DNA from: an uncultured Desulfatitalea sp.
Lineage (GTDB): Bacteria > Desulfobacterota > Desulfobacteria > Desulfobacterales > Desulfosarcinaceae
Direction: 5' to 3'
Assembly (NCBI GenBank): GCA_963668675.2
Contig: CAXXMB010000002.1
Coordinates: forward strand, 1,792,001-1,856,000
DNA: 64,000 nt
Positions 10,424 to 19,064 of this stretch are shown piece by piece; the stretch's first letter is position 1; each line of letters opens with the position of its first letter. The position numbers and the translations under genes are program-made. The notes under the pieces were generated by a model that was not told where the DNA came from, did not search any database, and worked only from the letters and a program-made list of their open reading frames with translations.

Positions 10424-10885
10424 ATGACATCCGGCATCGATACTGTTGAAAACAAAGCATCATCCTTGGCTTCACGTTGTTTTGAGACGCCTTATCCGAA
10501 GCAAAAGAGAAAAGGCGCCCATCCTATCCGCAGCCTGGTGGTCGATGATGACAACACGATTCTCAATTACGTGGCCCAAATGCTCACCAACATAGGACTC
10601 CAAACGGTTAAAACCGCTCAAAAAATACCTGAGGTGATGAACGAACTGGCCACCGGTTCTTACGATCTATTGGTCACGGATCTAGAGATGCCTGATATCA
10701 ATGGTTACCAATTAGCCCATGAGATCAAAAAGGAGGCACATGACATCAAGGTAATCATCATGACGGGTCGTCCTGAGGAGGCTTGTCTTGATATGATGGC
10801 CACGCAACGTGCGGACGGGTGGCTTTTCAAGCCTTTTGGATTGAACGAGCTTCGTTCAAAGCTGAAAGGATTAGGGTTGGTTTGA
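10424..10885 (+). CDS. Stand-alone response regulator receiver protein
   Basis: SLVVDDD, VTDLEMPDING, IMTG, FKPF; start uncertain. Confidence 0.88.
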   Translation: MTSGIDTVENKASSLASRCFETPYPKQKRKGAHPIRSLVVDDDNTILNYVAQMLTNIGLQTVKTAQKIPEVMNELATGSYDLLVTDLEMPDINGYQLAHEIKKEAHDIKVIIMTGRPEEACLDMMATQRADGWLFKPFGLNELRSKLKGLGLV

Positions 10886-10965
10886 TCATCGACAGCAAGA
10901 ATAACTGCGCACATCAAGCACCTGGAATTGATTGTTCGTAAACAACAGAAAAAGGAGAATTGAAA

Positions 10966-11217
10966 ATGAATAGAATTGAGACGCCAATGGATCAACTGGT
11001 CACCCTGATCGCACAGTCGCTCGTGGACCGCCCCGAGGCTGTTCTAGTCAACGCTATTGAAGGCAACCACACCATGGTACTGGAACTTCGTGTTGCCAGG
11101 GAGGATATCGGCAAGGTTATCGGCAAACAGGGTCGCACAGCCCAGGCCATGCGGACACTTATCTCAGCAGTCTCATCAAAAATCAGAAAACGTGCGGTCC
11201 TTGAAATCGTTGAATGA
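10966..11217 (+). CDS. khpA: KH-domain RNA-binding protein KhpA (UPF0109)
   Basis: IAQSLVDRPEAV...ELRVAREDIGKVIGKQGRTAQAMRT...LEIVE. Confidence 0.9.
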   Translation: MNRIETPMDQLVTLIAQSLVDRPEAVLVNAIEGNHTMVLELRVAREDIGKVIGKQGRTAQAMRTLISAVSSKIRKRAVLEIVE

Positions 11218-11368
11218 AGAACAATCAAACAGACATCACCAATTCTGAAAAACATGGAGGATCGATCACACATGCGGGGAGAGATATTTCAAGAGGGACC
11301 TGCGCCAGGCGCATATTTACCGCCGGGCGCATCAAACAACAACGTAACTAGAGGGGAAGGAAAAGACC

Positions 11369-11659
11369 ATGAAAAGAAAAGAGATGATATGGAAACTATT
11401 GGCCGTGGTGGCCATCATCGGGCTGCTGTCCACAGGTAACGTCCTGGCGGGCGAGCAGAGCATTTCAGGCACCGTTGAAAAAGGCGCTCAGGGCATCATG
11501 ATTTCAACCGATGACGGCCAGAGTTATGCGGTCCAGGGCAAGGATCTGTCCGACATGGTGGGCAAAACCGTCAAAGCCACCGGGACATTAGAGGAAGGCA
11601 AGTCCGGCAACACCATTAATGTGACAATGGTGGAAGAAGTTAAAGAGATGAAGGAGTAA
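11369..11659 (+). CDS. Small exported hypothetical protein (OB-fold-like)
   Basis: Signal peptide ending NVLA, beta-rich mature part (MVGKTVKATGT). Confidence 0.7.
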   Translation: MKRKEMIWKLLAVVAIIGLLSTGNVLAGEQSISGTVEKGAQGIMISTDDGQSYAVQGKDLSDMVGKTVKATGTLEEGKSGNTINVTMVEEVKEMKE

Positions 11660-11686
11660 GAACCGTCGCGCCATGCTGGTCGGCAA

Positions 11687-11714
11687 CGAATTCCGATGCT
11701 TACTACGGAATTCG
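11687..11714. terminator. Stem-loop after the exported-protein gene
   Basis: CGAATTCCG-N10-CGGAATTCG perfect 9-bp stem; no clear U-tract. Confidence 0.35.
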
Positions 11715-11886
11715 ATCCGGTCCGGATGTAGCATACCCCGCCCGGGAACGGATAGTTGACTGACCCGGGTCAAGCTTCCGTTCCCAAAATGAATTCTTCC
11801 TTTATTGCTGCCGGTGCCGTCCACTCCCTGCTGGGTGGCACCGGCTTTTCTGCATCAACGATATTAACGCGGACCTCCCCAAAAAG

Positions 11887-11917
11887 GGTCATATATGAAC
11901 ATCGGCGACATACGACC
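11887..11917. promoter_or_regulatory. Tandem palindromic operator/UAS, copy D
   Basis: GGTCATATATGAAC-atc-GGCGACATACGACC. Confidence 0.6.
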
Positions 11918-12016
11918 ATGGGGAGACACCTGTTTTCAATCCCACTGACAGCATTGTTTCCAAATAATTCATATAAATCTAACTGATGTGTAACATGGCG
12001 TATGGCCTGCCGAATC

Positions 12017-12031
12017 AGGCATGATATGTGA
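12017..12031 (+). promoter_or_regulatory. Degenerate sigma54 promoter D
   Basis: AGGCATG-ATAT-GTGA, 130 bp after UAS copy D. Confidence 0.45.
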
Positions 12032-12260
12032 CTATATAAAACCTGTGAATGCTTCTGGAATACTTGTCATCGCTCGCGCACACCTCCGCTATTTTGGCGA
12101 CCTTCAAGCCAATCGCCATTGAGAGAAGGCGGCTTATTAAATTTATGCCTTTCGAAACGCAAAGAAAATGTGCCGGCCCTTTAGTATCGATTCCGGATGA
12201 TAGGTTGGGTTTTTCTCTTTTTTACCGTGTTGTCATTCTATATTCCCTCGCCCCCGAAAG

Positions 12261-12291
12261 GGTCATATATGACCATTGGTTGAATGTGACC
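12261..12291. promoter_or_regulatory. Tandem palindromic operator/UAS, copy B
   Basis: Perfect palindrome GGTCATATATGACC-att-GGTTGAATGTGACC. Confidence 0.75.
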
Positions 12292-12390
12292 CCGTTTCCG
12301 CGAATAATTATGATCGTCAGTTAGCATTCTCTATACTTTTTTCCCTTATAAATCAGAATTATACGGTATAAAAGACCAATATTTGAGATT

Positions 12391-12405
12391 TGGCATGAAG
12401 TTTGA
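12391..12405 (+). promoter_or_regulatory. sigma54 promoter B (hflKC)
   Basis: TGGCATG-AAGT-TTGA, 130 bp after UAS copy B. Confidence 0.7.
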
Positions 12406-12556
12406 TCTTAACAATAACATACAAAAACCCAAATTACTGTCTGGAGGGAGTGTTTTCACCCAAGCGATGAAACCGCTCGTTCGCGATAAAAAAGGATGCG
12501 TCTTTTTTACCGAAAAATTGATCAAGATGGCCGACGCATCCATCAGGAGGTAAGTT

Positions 12557-13606
12557 ATGGTTGAATGGAATCAATCCCCAGGGGGATCCACGCCGACGTT
12601 GGATGACGTGCTGGAGAATATCCGCCGGCAGTTTAAACGCGTCAAGGGTGGCCCGATCCTGATTGTCGCCGCCGTTGTGGTCGTGATTGTCGGATGGACC
12701 ACATGGTTCACCGTCCAACCCGAGGAGACGGGAATCGTACAGCGCTTCGGCCGCGTCATGCGCACGGCCGGTCCGGGACTGCACTTCAAGCTGCCTTTCG
12801 GTTTCGAAAAAGTCCGTGTGCTGCCCACGGCTCGCGTGCTCAAAGAGGAGTTCGGGTTTCGGACGATCTCGGTTTCCGCAGTTCCCGGTGAAAAGACCCG
12901 ATATGATACACGCGGCGCTTATAAGGACGAGTCGCTGATGCTCACCGGGGATCTGAACGTCATCGATGTTCAGTGGATCGTCCAGTACCGCATCGAAGAC
13001 CCGATCCGCTACCTGTTTCAGGTCCGCGACACATCGAAAACAATCCGCGACACCACCGAGGCGGTCATGCGCCGCGCGGTCGGCAACCGTCTGGGCAGCG
13101 ATGTACTGACCACCGGACGGGTGGCGGTGGCCAGTGAAGCCAAAGTCGAAATCCAGAAAATCCTGACAACCTATGAGTCCGGAGTGCGTCTGGTTACCGT
13201 GGAACTTCAGGATGTGACCCCACCGGATACCGTAAAACCAGCCTTTAATGAAGTCAACGAGTCGCGCCAGGACAAAGAGCGAACGATCAATAAGGCCCAG
13301 GAACAGGCCAACCGGGAAATCCCCAAAGCCCGAGGGGTGGCTACACAAAGCATCAGCGAGGCCGAAGGTTACGCATTGGAACGCGTAAACCGGGCCAAAG
13401 GAGAGGCCACCCGTTTTGAGGCCATTTTAGGACAATATGAACAGGCGCCGCAGGTTACGCGCCGGCGACTGTATCTGGAGGCCATGACCGGTTTCCTGTC
13501 AGACATGAAAGGGCTCTATATCGTGGATAAGGACCAGAAGGCAATGGTGCCTTGGCTCCCATTGGAATCCAGTGGGCAACCATCTGCACAAGGGAGGCAG
13601 CCATGA
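12557..13606 (+). CDS. hflK: FtsH protease activity modulator HflK
   Basis: SPFH domain, GPGLHFKLPFG, MLTGDLNVIDV, VKPAFNEVN, VTRRRLYLEAM. Confidence 0.93.
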   Translation: MVEWNQSPGGSTPTLDDVLENIRRQFKRVKGGPILIVAAVVVVIVGWTTWFTVQPEETGIVQRFGRVMRTAGPGLHFKLPFGFEKVRVLPTARVLKEEFGFRTISVSAVPGEKTRYDTRGAYKDESLMLTGDLNVIDVQWIVQYRIEDPIRYLFQVRDTSKTIRDTTEAVMRRAVGNRLGSDVLTTGRVAVASEAKVEIQKILTTYESGVRLVTVELQDVTPPDTVKPAFNEVNESRQDKERTINKAQEQANREIPKARGVATQSISEAEGYALERVNRAKGEATRFEAILGQYEQAPQVTRRRLYLEAMTGFLSDMKGLYIVDKDQKAMVPWLPLESSGQPSAQGRQP

Positions 13607-14580
13607 ATTTTACCTTAAAAGCAGTACTCATTACGATAGCGGTGGTAATCGCTATCGTGCTCTATAGCAGTCTATATACGTTGGAAGAGGGTCTGCAGGC
13701 CATTGTCGTGCAGTTTGGCCGTCCTGTAGGGGAACCGGTAACCGAGGCGGGGCTGCACATGAAACTGCCCTTTGTGCAGGAAGTTCGGCGATTCGAAAAG
13801 CGTCTGCTGGTCTGGGACGGTGATCCGAACCAGGTTCCCACCAAGGGGCGCGAGTTCATCTGGGTGGATACCACCGCCCGATGGCGGATTGCCGATGCGA
13901 AAAAATTTCTGGAGAATGTGGCCAGCGAAGAAGGGGCCCAGTCGCGCTTGAACGATATCCTCGATTCGGTGGTGCGCGACCAGGTGTCTAGCAGTGAACT
14001 TGTTGAACTCGTGCGCAGTGCATCGTGGGAAGTACCTGAGGCCGAGGCCCTGAAGGAGATCCCAAAGGAACGCGAAGAGGAGCTTAAAAGGGAGATTGCC
14101 CGCGGCAGGGAGGAGATCACCCGAACGATACTGACTGAAGCACGAAAGATCATCCCGCAATACGGCATCGAACTGGTGGATGTGCGCATCAAACGCCTGG
14201 ATTACGTGGAAAGTGTCCGCGAAAAGGTCTATGAACGCATGATCTCCGAGCGCAAACGCATTGCCGCGCAGTTTCGCTCCGAAGGCGAGGGACGCAGCGC
14301 CGAGATCCTCGGAACAATGGAAAAAGAGCTGCGCCAGATCCGCTCCACCGCTTACCGCCGGGTGCAGGAGGTCCAAGGCAAAGCCGACGCCGAGGCCACG
14401 CGAATCTACGGCCAAGCTTACAATAAAAATCCGGAATTCTATGCTTTTTTACGCACCCTTGAAAGCTACAAGGAGAAGACCAATCCGAACTCAGTGTTGA
14501 TTCTCACCACGGACAGCGACTTCTATCAATACATCAAGAATGCGAAACCAAGCCAAGTGCAGGTTCCATCGACTCCGTAG
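13603..14580 (+). CDS. hflC: Protease modulator HflC
   Basis: GLHMKLPFVQEV, GIELVDVRIKR, VYERMISERKRIA, NPEFYAFLRTLESY; ATGA overlap with hflK. Confidence 0.93.
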   Translation: MNFTLKAVLITIAVVIAIVLYSSLYTLEEGLQAIVVQFGRPVGEPVTEAGLHMKLPFVQEVRRFEKRLLVWDGDPNQVPTKGREFIWVDTTARWRIADAKKFLENVASEEGAQSRLNDILDSVVRDQVSSSELVELVRSASWEVPEAEALKEIPKEREEELKREIARGREEITRTILTEARKIIPQYGIELVDVRIKRLDYVESVREKVYERMISERKRIAAQFRSEGEGRSAEILGTMEKELRQIRSTAYRRVQEVQGKADAEATRIYGQAYNKNPEFYAFLRTLESYKEKTNPNSVLILTTDSDFYQYIKNAKPSQVQVPSTP

Positions 14581-15328
14581 TCACGAAAAGACTCGGCAGC
14601 GGGAAACATCCAGAAGCAAATAGGTTTTTGGATGACAATGCCGGCAGTTATGGCGAGGGTTTTCCGTCGGCCGGCTTGCCGGTTTTTCATGCCGAAACGG
14701 GCCGAAAACCGTTGAACGGACAATATGACAACGAATCAATCCCCAGATTCACGAGGCGTTCCAGGAGATTGCCAAGGCCATGGGGCCGTTGAAAAGGTAT
14801 CTCGCCGGCGATCGCCCGGATAAGTTCGGATAAAAGACGGATTCTTGATTCATTCGGCGCATGGAGATCATTGTCCGACGCGAAGACAAACCGTAAGAAA
14901 TACATAACAAAGACGGCCCCCAGGAATATCAACATAGCATCCAATGACAAAAAAGATCCGCTCATCAATTTGGTGGACAAGGTGCGTTCATTCCTCGGCT
15001 TACCTTGGCGGCTTGAATATAGATCAGGCCCCTTACGATCTGTTGAAGCCGGTGGTCGACGCCATCAGCGGGTTATCACTGGAACTCCCGACAGCCGGTG
15101 CACGATGCGCCAGCAACGATAGGAGGTGATAATGGATAATATCATTAAATATGATGTGCGAACTTATGTTCAAGAATTGATCAAAAAAGAATTTTCATCT
15201 CAAAACAACGAAGAAAAAGTTCTTACGGAGAACTGCAAGACAAATACAGGTGAACATCGTAAAGTGCAGCCACCCTCTATTGCAGTCATCAGTAATGGAA
15301 GAACCACCTCAGACTCAGGAGAATAAAC

Positions 15329-15574
15329 ATGAATGCTAAACTTATTACCAGTTTAATCCTGGCCGGATTGGCAGCTATATTTATCTTCCAGAATGAAGCG
15401 ATGGTGGAGCTGAAATTTTTATACTGGACACTTCCAACGTCAATGACACTAACGATGTTCCTGATTCTTTCATCAGGAATAATAACAGGCTGGTTGCTGC
15501 GCGGAACTTTCCATAAAAGAAAAAGCCGCATCCACGACAAAAAGGGTGTTTTTTCCGCCCAGAGAATAAACTAA
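15329..15574 (+). CDS. LapA-domain (DUF1049) membrane protein
   Basis: IFIFQN..VELKFLYW pattern with two TM helices. Confidence 0.75.
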   Translation: MNAKLITSLILAGLAAIFIFQNEAMVELKFLYWTLPTSMTLTMFLILSSGIITGWLLRGTFHKRKSRIHDKKGVFSAQRIN

Positions 15575-15576
15575 TC

Positions 15577-15777
15577 ACCGGTCCCTACGAATTATTGATC
15601 AGGGATTTGGAGATGCCGGATATGAATGGTTACCATCTGACCCAAACGATCAAAAAAAACGCGCATGAGACAAAAACGATCATCATGACAGGTCGTCACG
15701 AGAACGATTGCCTTAAAATGATGACCTCACAGCGGGTTGACGGGTGGCTTTTCAAGCCTTTTGGATTGAAGGACTGA
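15577..15777 (+). pseudogene. 3' fragment of receiver protein, paralog of 10651-10845
   Basis: DLEMPDMNGY...IIMTGR...DGWLFKPFGL; N-terminal DD motif missing. Confidence 0.8.
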
Positions 15778-16029
15778 CTCCCTGGACACCCAGGCACATC
15801 ATTCGCATGCGATTGTACGATCAATAACAGCCGGTTCACTTCATCCGGCATAGTGCCGACCGATGTTTGCCGTTTTCTACTGGTGAAGCCGCCCGCCTTC
15901 ATCTCGTATATGAGGTCAATAACAAGACGCACCTGGAAGGGCCACTATAGCCCCCCTCGGCCTTCGTCATTTCGGAAGAGGAAATGTGTAAACGACTTTC
16001 ACAAGTCACCACCCAAATATAGGAGATAT

Positions 16030-16290
16030 ATGATGAACCAAAAAGAAGATAGAGGCCGAGGTGGAACAGTTGCAGATTAAATTAGCCGAATTTTAGGCCA
16101 ATGCGAGGAGTTCCGCAGCCGATGCCCGCATAAAATATTCTAAACAGCTCAAAGAGCTTGAGCAGATGCTCGATGCCACAAAGGCCAAGCTCAGAGAGCT
16201 TGGCGAGGCGGGCGAGGGCGCTTGGGAGCGTGTCAGGGACATTGTGGAGAATGCATGGGGTGCCCTAAGCACAGCCATTCGAGGTATGCG
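16030..16290 (+). pseudogene. Degraded coiled-coil stress protein (Sll1863-like)
   Basis: AGGAG RBS; after a frameshift EAEVEQLQIKLAEF*ANA...KAKLRELGEAGEGAWERVRDIVENAW. Confidence 0.6.
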
Positions 16291-16304
16291 TCAGCCAACT
16301 GCTG

Positions 16305-16954
16305 ATGAAAAAGCGGCTGATGAAGGTGAGCGGCACAGACCCTTCTTCGATATCACAAGCATCCGGGCCCCATGTTCTACCCCCTCTGCCCTATACCGAA
16401 AATGCATTGGCGCCGGTCATTAGCGCAAATACCATCGGCTTTCATTTTGGAAAGCATCACCAAGTCTATTTGGGTAACCTGAACAGGCTTATCGCAGGAA
16501 TCGAATAAAGCGACTTGTCACTGGAAAAGATCATCAGCGTCACCACGGGACGGTCCGAAAAAGCTGCAATCTTCGACAACGCGGCCCAAATTCGGAACCA
16601 CACGTTTTACTGGAATAGTATGCAAACCAATGGGTAGAGCCTCCCGTGGTATTAAAGCAGAAAATAGAAGCCTCTTTCAGCACGGTGGACGCCTGCAAGA
16701 AAGAAATGGCCGGCGCGGCTGTTTCCCAGTTCGGCAGCGGTTGGGCTTGGCTTGTGCGCGAAGGCGATACGCTTAAGGTAGTAAAAACTGCTAATGCCAA
16801 TGTCCCATTGGCGACAGACCTGAAACCGCTTCTGGTGATTGACGTTTGGGAGCATGCCATTTACCTGGATTATCAAAATCGGCGGGCCGATTATGTCACC
16901 GCCGTGCTCGACAAGCTGATCAACTGGGAATTTGCCATACAGAACGCCGGATGA
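16305..16954 (+). pseudogene. sodB: Fe/Mn superoxide dismutase pseudogene
   Basis: [44 protein letters not shown]; in-frame TAA (16506-16508), TAG and a frameshift near 16640. Confidence 0.9.
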
Positions 16955-17551
16955 AAGTAGGAGTCCCAAGGTCGGCGTTTAAAGGAGACGAGCGATATGG
17001 CCAAACACGGTGAAGAGATGAACGAAGATACCCAAAAATTCTTTTCAATTCCGGTTAAAAGGCGCCGCGAAATGGAAAATCGAAAATCAGATGGACGCGA
17101 TTCTATCTTCGTTTGAGCAATGACAAATCACGCATTTCCATAATATGCCCCTAACAACTCAGCGGCTTCGTTCGTTCCCTAAAGGCAGTTGATAAAGGGG
17201 ACGACATTGCAAAAGCATCCAAGGGGTCAAATTGGTAAAGCATGACTTATGCTTGAAATAGAAGGCGTTATGCAACAGCGTATCAGCAGTATGGCCGGTT
17301 ACGACATCAGAGCCACCGATCGAAACCTGCGAAAAGCGGTGGGACTGAATAATGCCCGTCCATAAATGACCAATTTGCCTTTTCTGGATGGACAATAGTT
17401 AGGGAATCGTCAAGCGGACGGAATTCTTTCCGCGCGCAGATCCGTTTTCGGTGTGAAATGTACCACCCGAAGGACACCGCCTGCGCAAAACATAACCGAA
17501 CAGTAATGGAGAAAAAAACTTGTCGAAGTATTTTCATGGAAGGAATTAAAA

Positions 17552-18478
17552 ATGATTTATACCGTAACCTTAAATCCCGCGCTGGACCGTTTCATTGTTG
17601 TTGAACAGTTGCTTGCGGAAGATACCACCCGCATAGTATCCGAAACGCCTTATGCTGCTGGCAAAGGCATTAATGTATCCAGGGTGATTCGGGAGTTGGA
17701 GGGGCATGGTGTTGCCCTTGGGCTTGTCGGCGGTTATGAAGGGTTACAGCTGGAAGGATTGCTTGTTAATGCGGGGGTCTTGGCGGATTTTACCAGGATT
17801 TCAGATGATACGCGGACCAATATTATTCTTCGCGAACAATCAAAAGACCGGCAGTATGCTATCAGTGCCAACGGGCCGGAAGTTCATGCGACAGAAATCG
17901 GCCTGTTTTATCAAAATGTGAACAAAATTCAGGATATGGATTACCTGATCCTGAGCGGGAGCCTTCCGCGCGGTGTTTCACCGAATCTATATGGTCAGCT
18001 GATCCTTTCCGGGAAGAAAAAAAGTGCTTTTACCGTTTTAGATACAGATGGCGAATCACTGCACGAATCCATAGAATATCAGCCGACATGCATAAAACCC
18101 AATATTTATGAGCTTTCCAGGCTGGCGGAACGGGAGCTTCACACCGAATCGGAAATATTTGGCTTTTGTGAGCACCTCCACAAGAAAGGAATTGAGTATG
18201 TCATTGTTTCAAGAGGAAAATTGGGACTGCTTCTATCCTCGGTCAAACAAAAACTAAAGGCCATTGCACCACCGGTTGAAGTAGAAAGCACCGTTGGCGC
18301 GGGTGATTCGGTGGTGGGAGGATTTGTACTTGCGCATTCCCAGGGCAAAGATCTTGCGGACTGCCTTCGACTCGCCTGCGCCGCTGGAACGGCCGCCGCC
18401 GGGACGCCCGGCACGGAGCTTTGTCATCGCGCAGATGTTGAAGACATTCTGCCTAAGGTTCAACTTTCAAATTTATAA
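17552..18478 (+). CDS. 1-phosphofructokinase family hexose kinase (PfkB)
   Basis: MIYTVTLNPALD, AGKGINVSRV, SGSLPRG, IKPN, STVGAGDS. Confidence 0.92.
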   Translation: MIYTVTLNPALDRFIVVEQLLAEDTTRIVSETPYAAGKGINVSRVIRELEGHGVALGLVGGYEGLQLEGLLVNAGVLADFTRISDDTRTNIILREQSKDRQYAISANGPEVHATEIGLFYQNVNKIQDMDYLILSGSLPRGVSPNLYGQLILSGKKKSAFTVLDTDGESLHESIEYQPTCIKPNIYELSRLAERELHTESEIFGFCEHLHKKGIEYVIVSRGKLGLLLSSVKQKLKAIAPPVEVESTVGAGDSVVGGFVLAHSQGKDLADCLRLACAAGTAAAGTPGTELCHRADVEDILPKVQLSNL

Positions 18479-18546
18479 CCTAAATCTTGCATAAAAATTA
18501 AAAAAGAAGTTTGCAAAATCCAACTATAAAAAAAGAGATTGTTCAA

Positions 18547-19011
18547 ATGAAAAAAGAAATCCTCGTAAAAGGTTTATTGACTATCATGGTGCTGGCCCTG
18601 ATGGCGGTGCCGGGTTGCGGTAAAAAGGAAGAGTCCGGGAACAAGACCGCGGCCGTGTCCACACAAGATGTAAAAAAGGAAGCCAAGGAAGCTTACGATA
18701 CCACCAAGGCCTATACCCAGGAGCAGATCCAAGCCTTTCAGCAAGAAACGGAAGACAAACTCGCCCAATACAAAAAGGACATCGATCAATTGCAGGCTAA
18801 GGCTGAAAGATTTGAAGGAGATGCGAAGGCGAAAGCCGAGCAAGAACTGACAATATTGCGTCAAAAGCGCGATGCGGTGTCTGAAAAGTTGAAGGATCTG
18901 AGTTCTTCCAGCGCAGATGCTTGGGGCCAAATAAAATTTGGTGTCGATGCAGCATTGGCGGATTTGGGTAGCGCCTATGAAAAGGCTGTGGCTGAGTTCG
19001 GCAAACCATAG
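18547..19011 (+). CDS. Coiled-coil lipoprotein (Sll1863-like C-terminus)
   Basis: Lipobox VPGC; helical region ending SSADAWGQIKFGVDAALADL. Confidence 0.75.
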   Translation: MKKEILVKGLLTIMVLALMAVPGCGKKEESGNKTAAVSTQDVKKEAKEAYDTTKAYTQEQIQAFQQETEDKLAQYKKDIDQLQAKAERFEGDAKAKAEQELTILRQKRDAVSEKLKDLSSSSADAWGQIKFGVDAALADLGSAYEKAVAEFGKP

Positions 19012-19064
19012 TGGAGTCGTCGGGCGCGAATTTGAAGAGAACAACCTATAAAGCGAGGATACCC

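Noticed and set aside
14600..15326. Several short ORFs after hflC
   Set aside because: No recognisable family; likely gene debris
16090..16640. In-frame stops in the Sll1863-like gene and sod as possible recoding
   Set aside because: They are TAG/TAA at non-catalytic positions and come with frameshifts; ordinary decay
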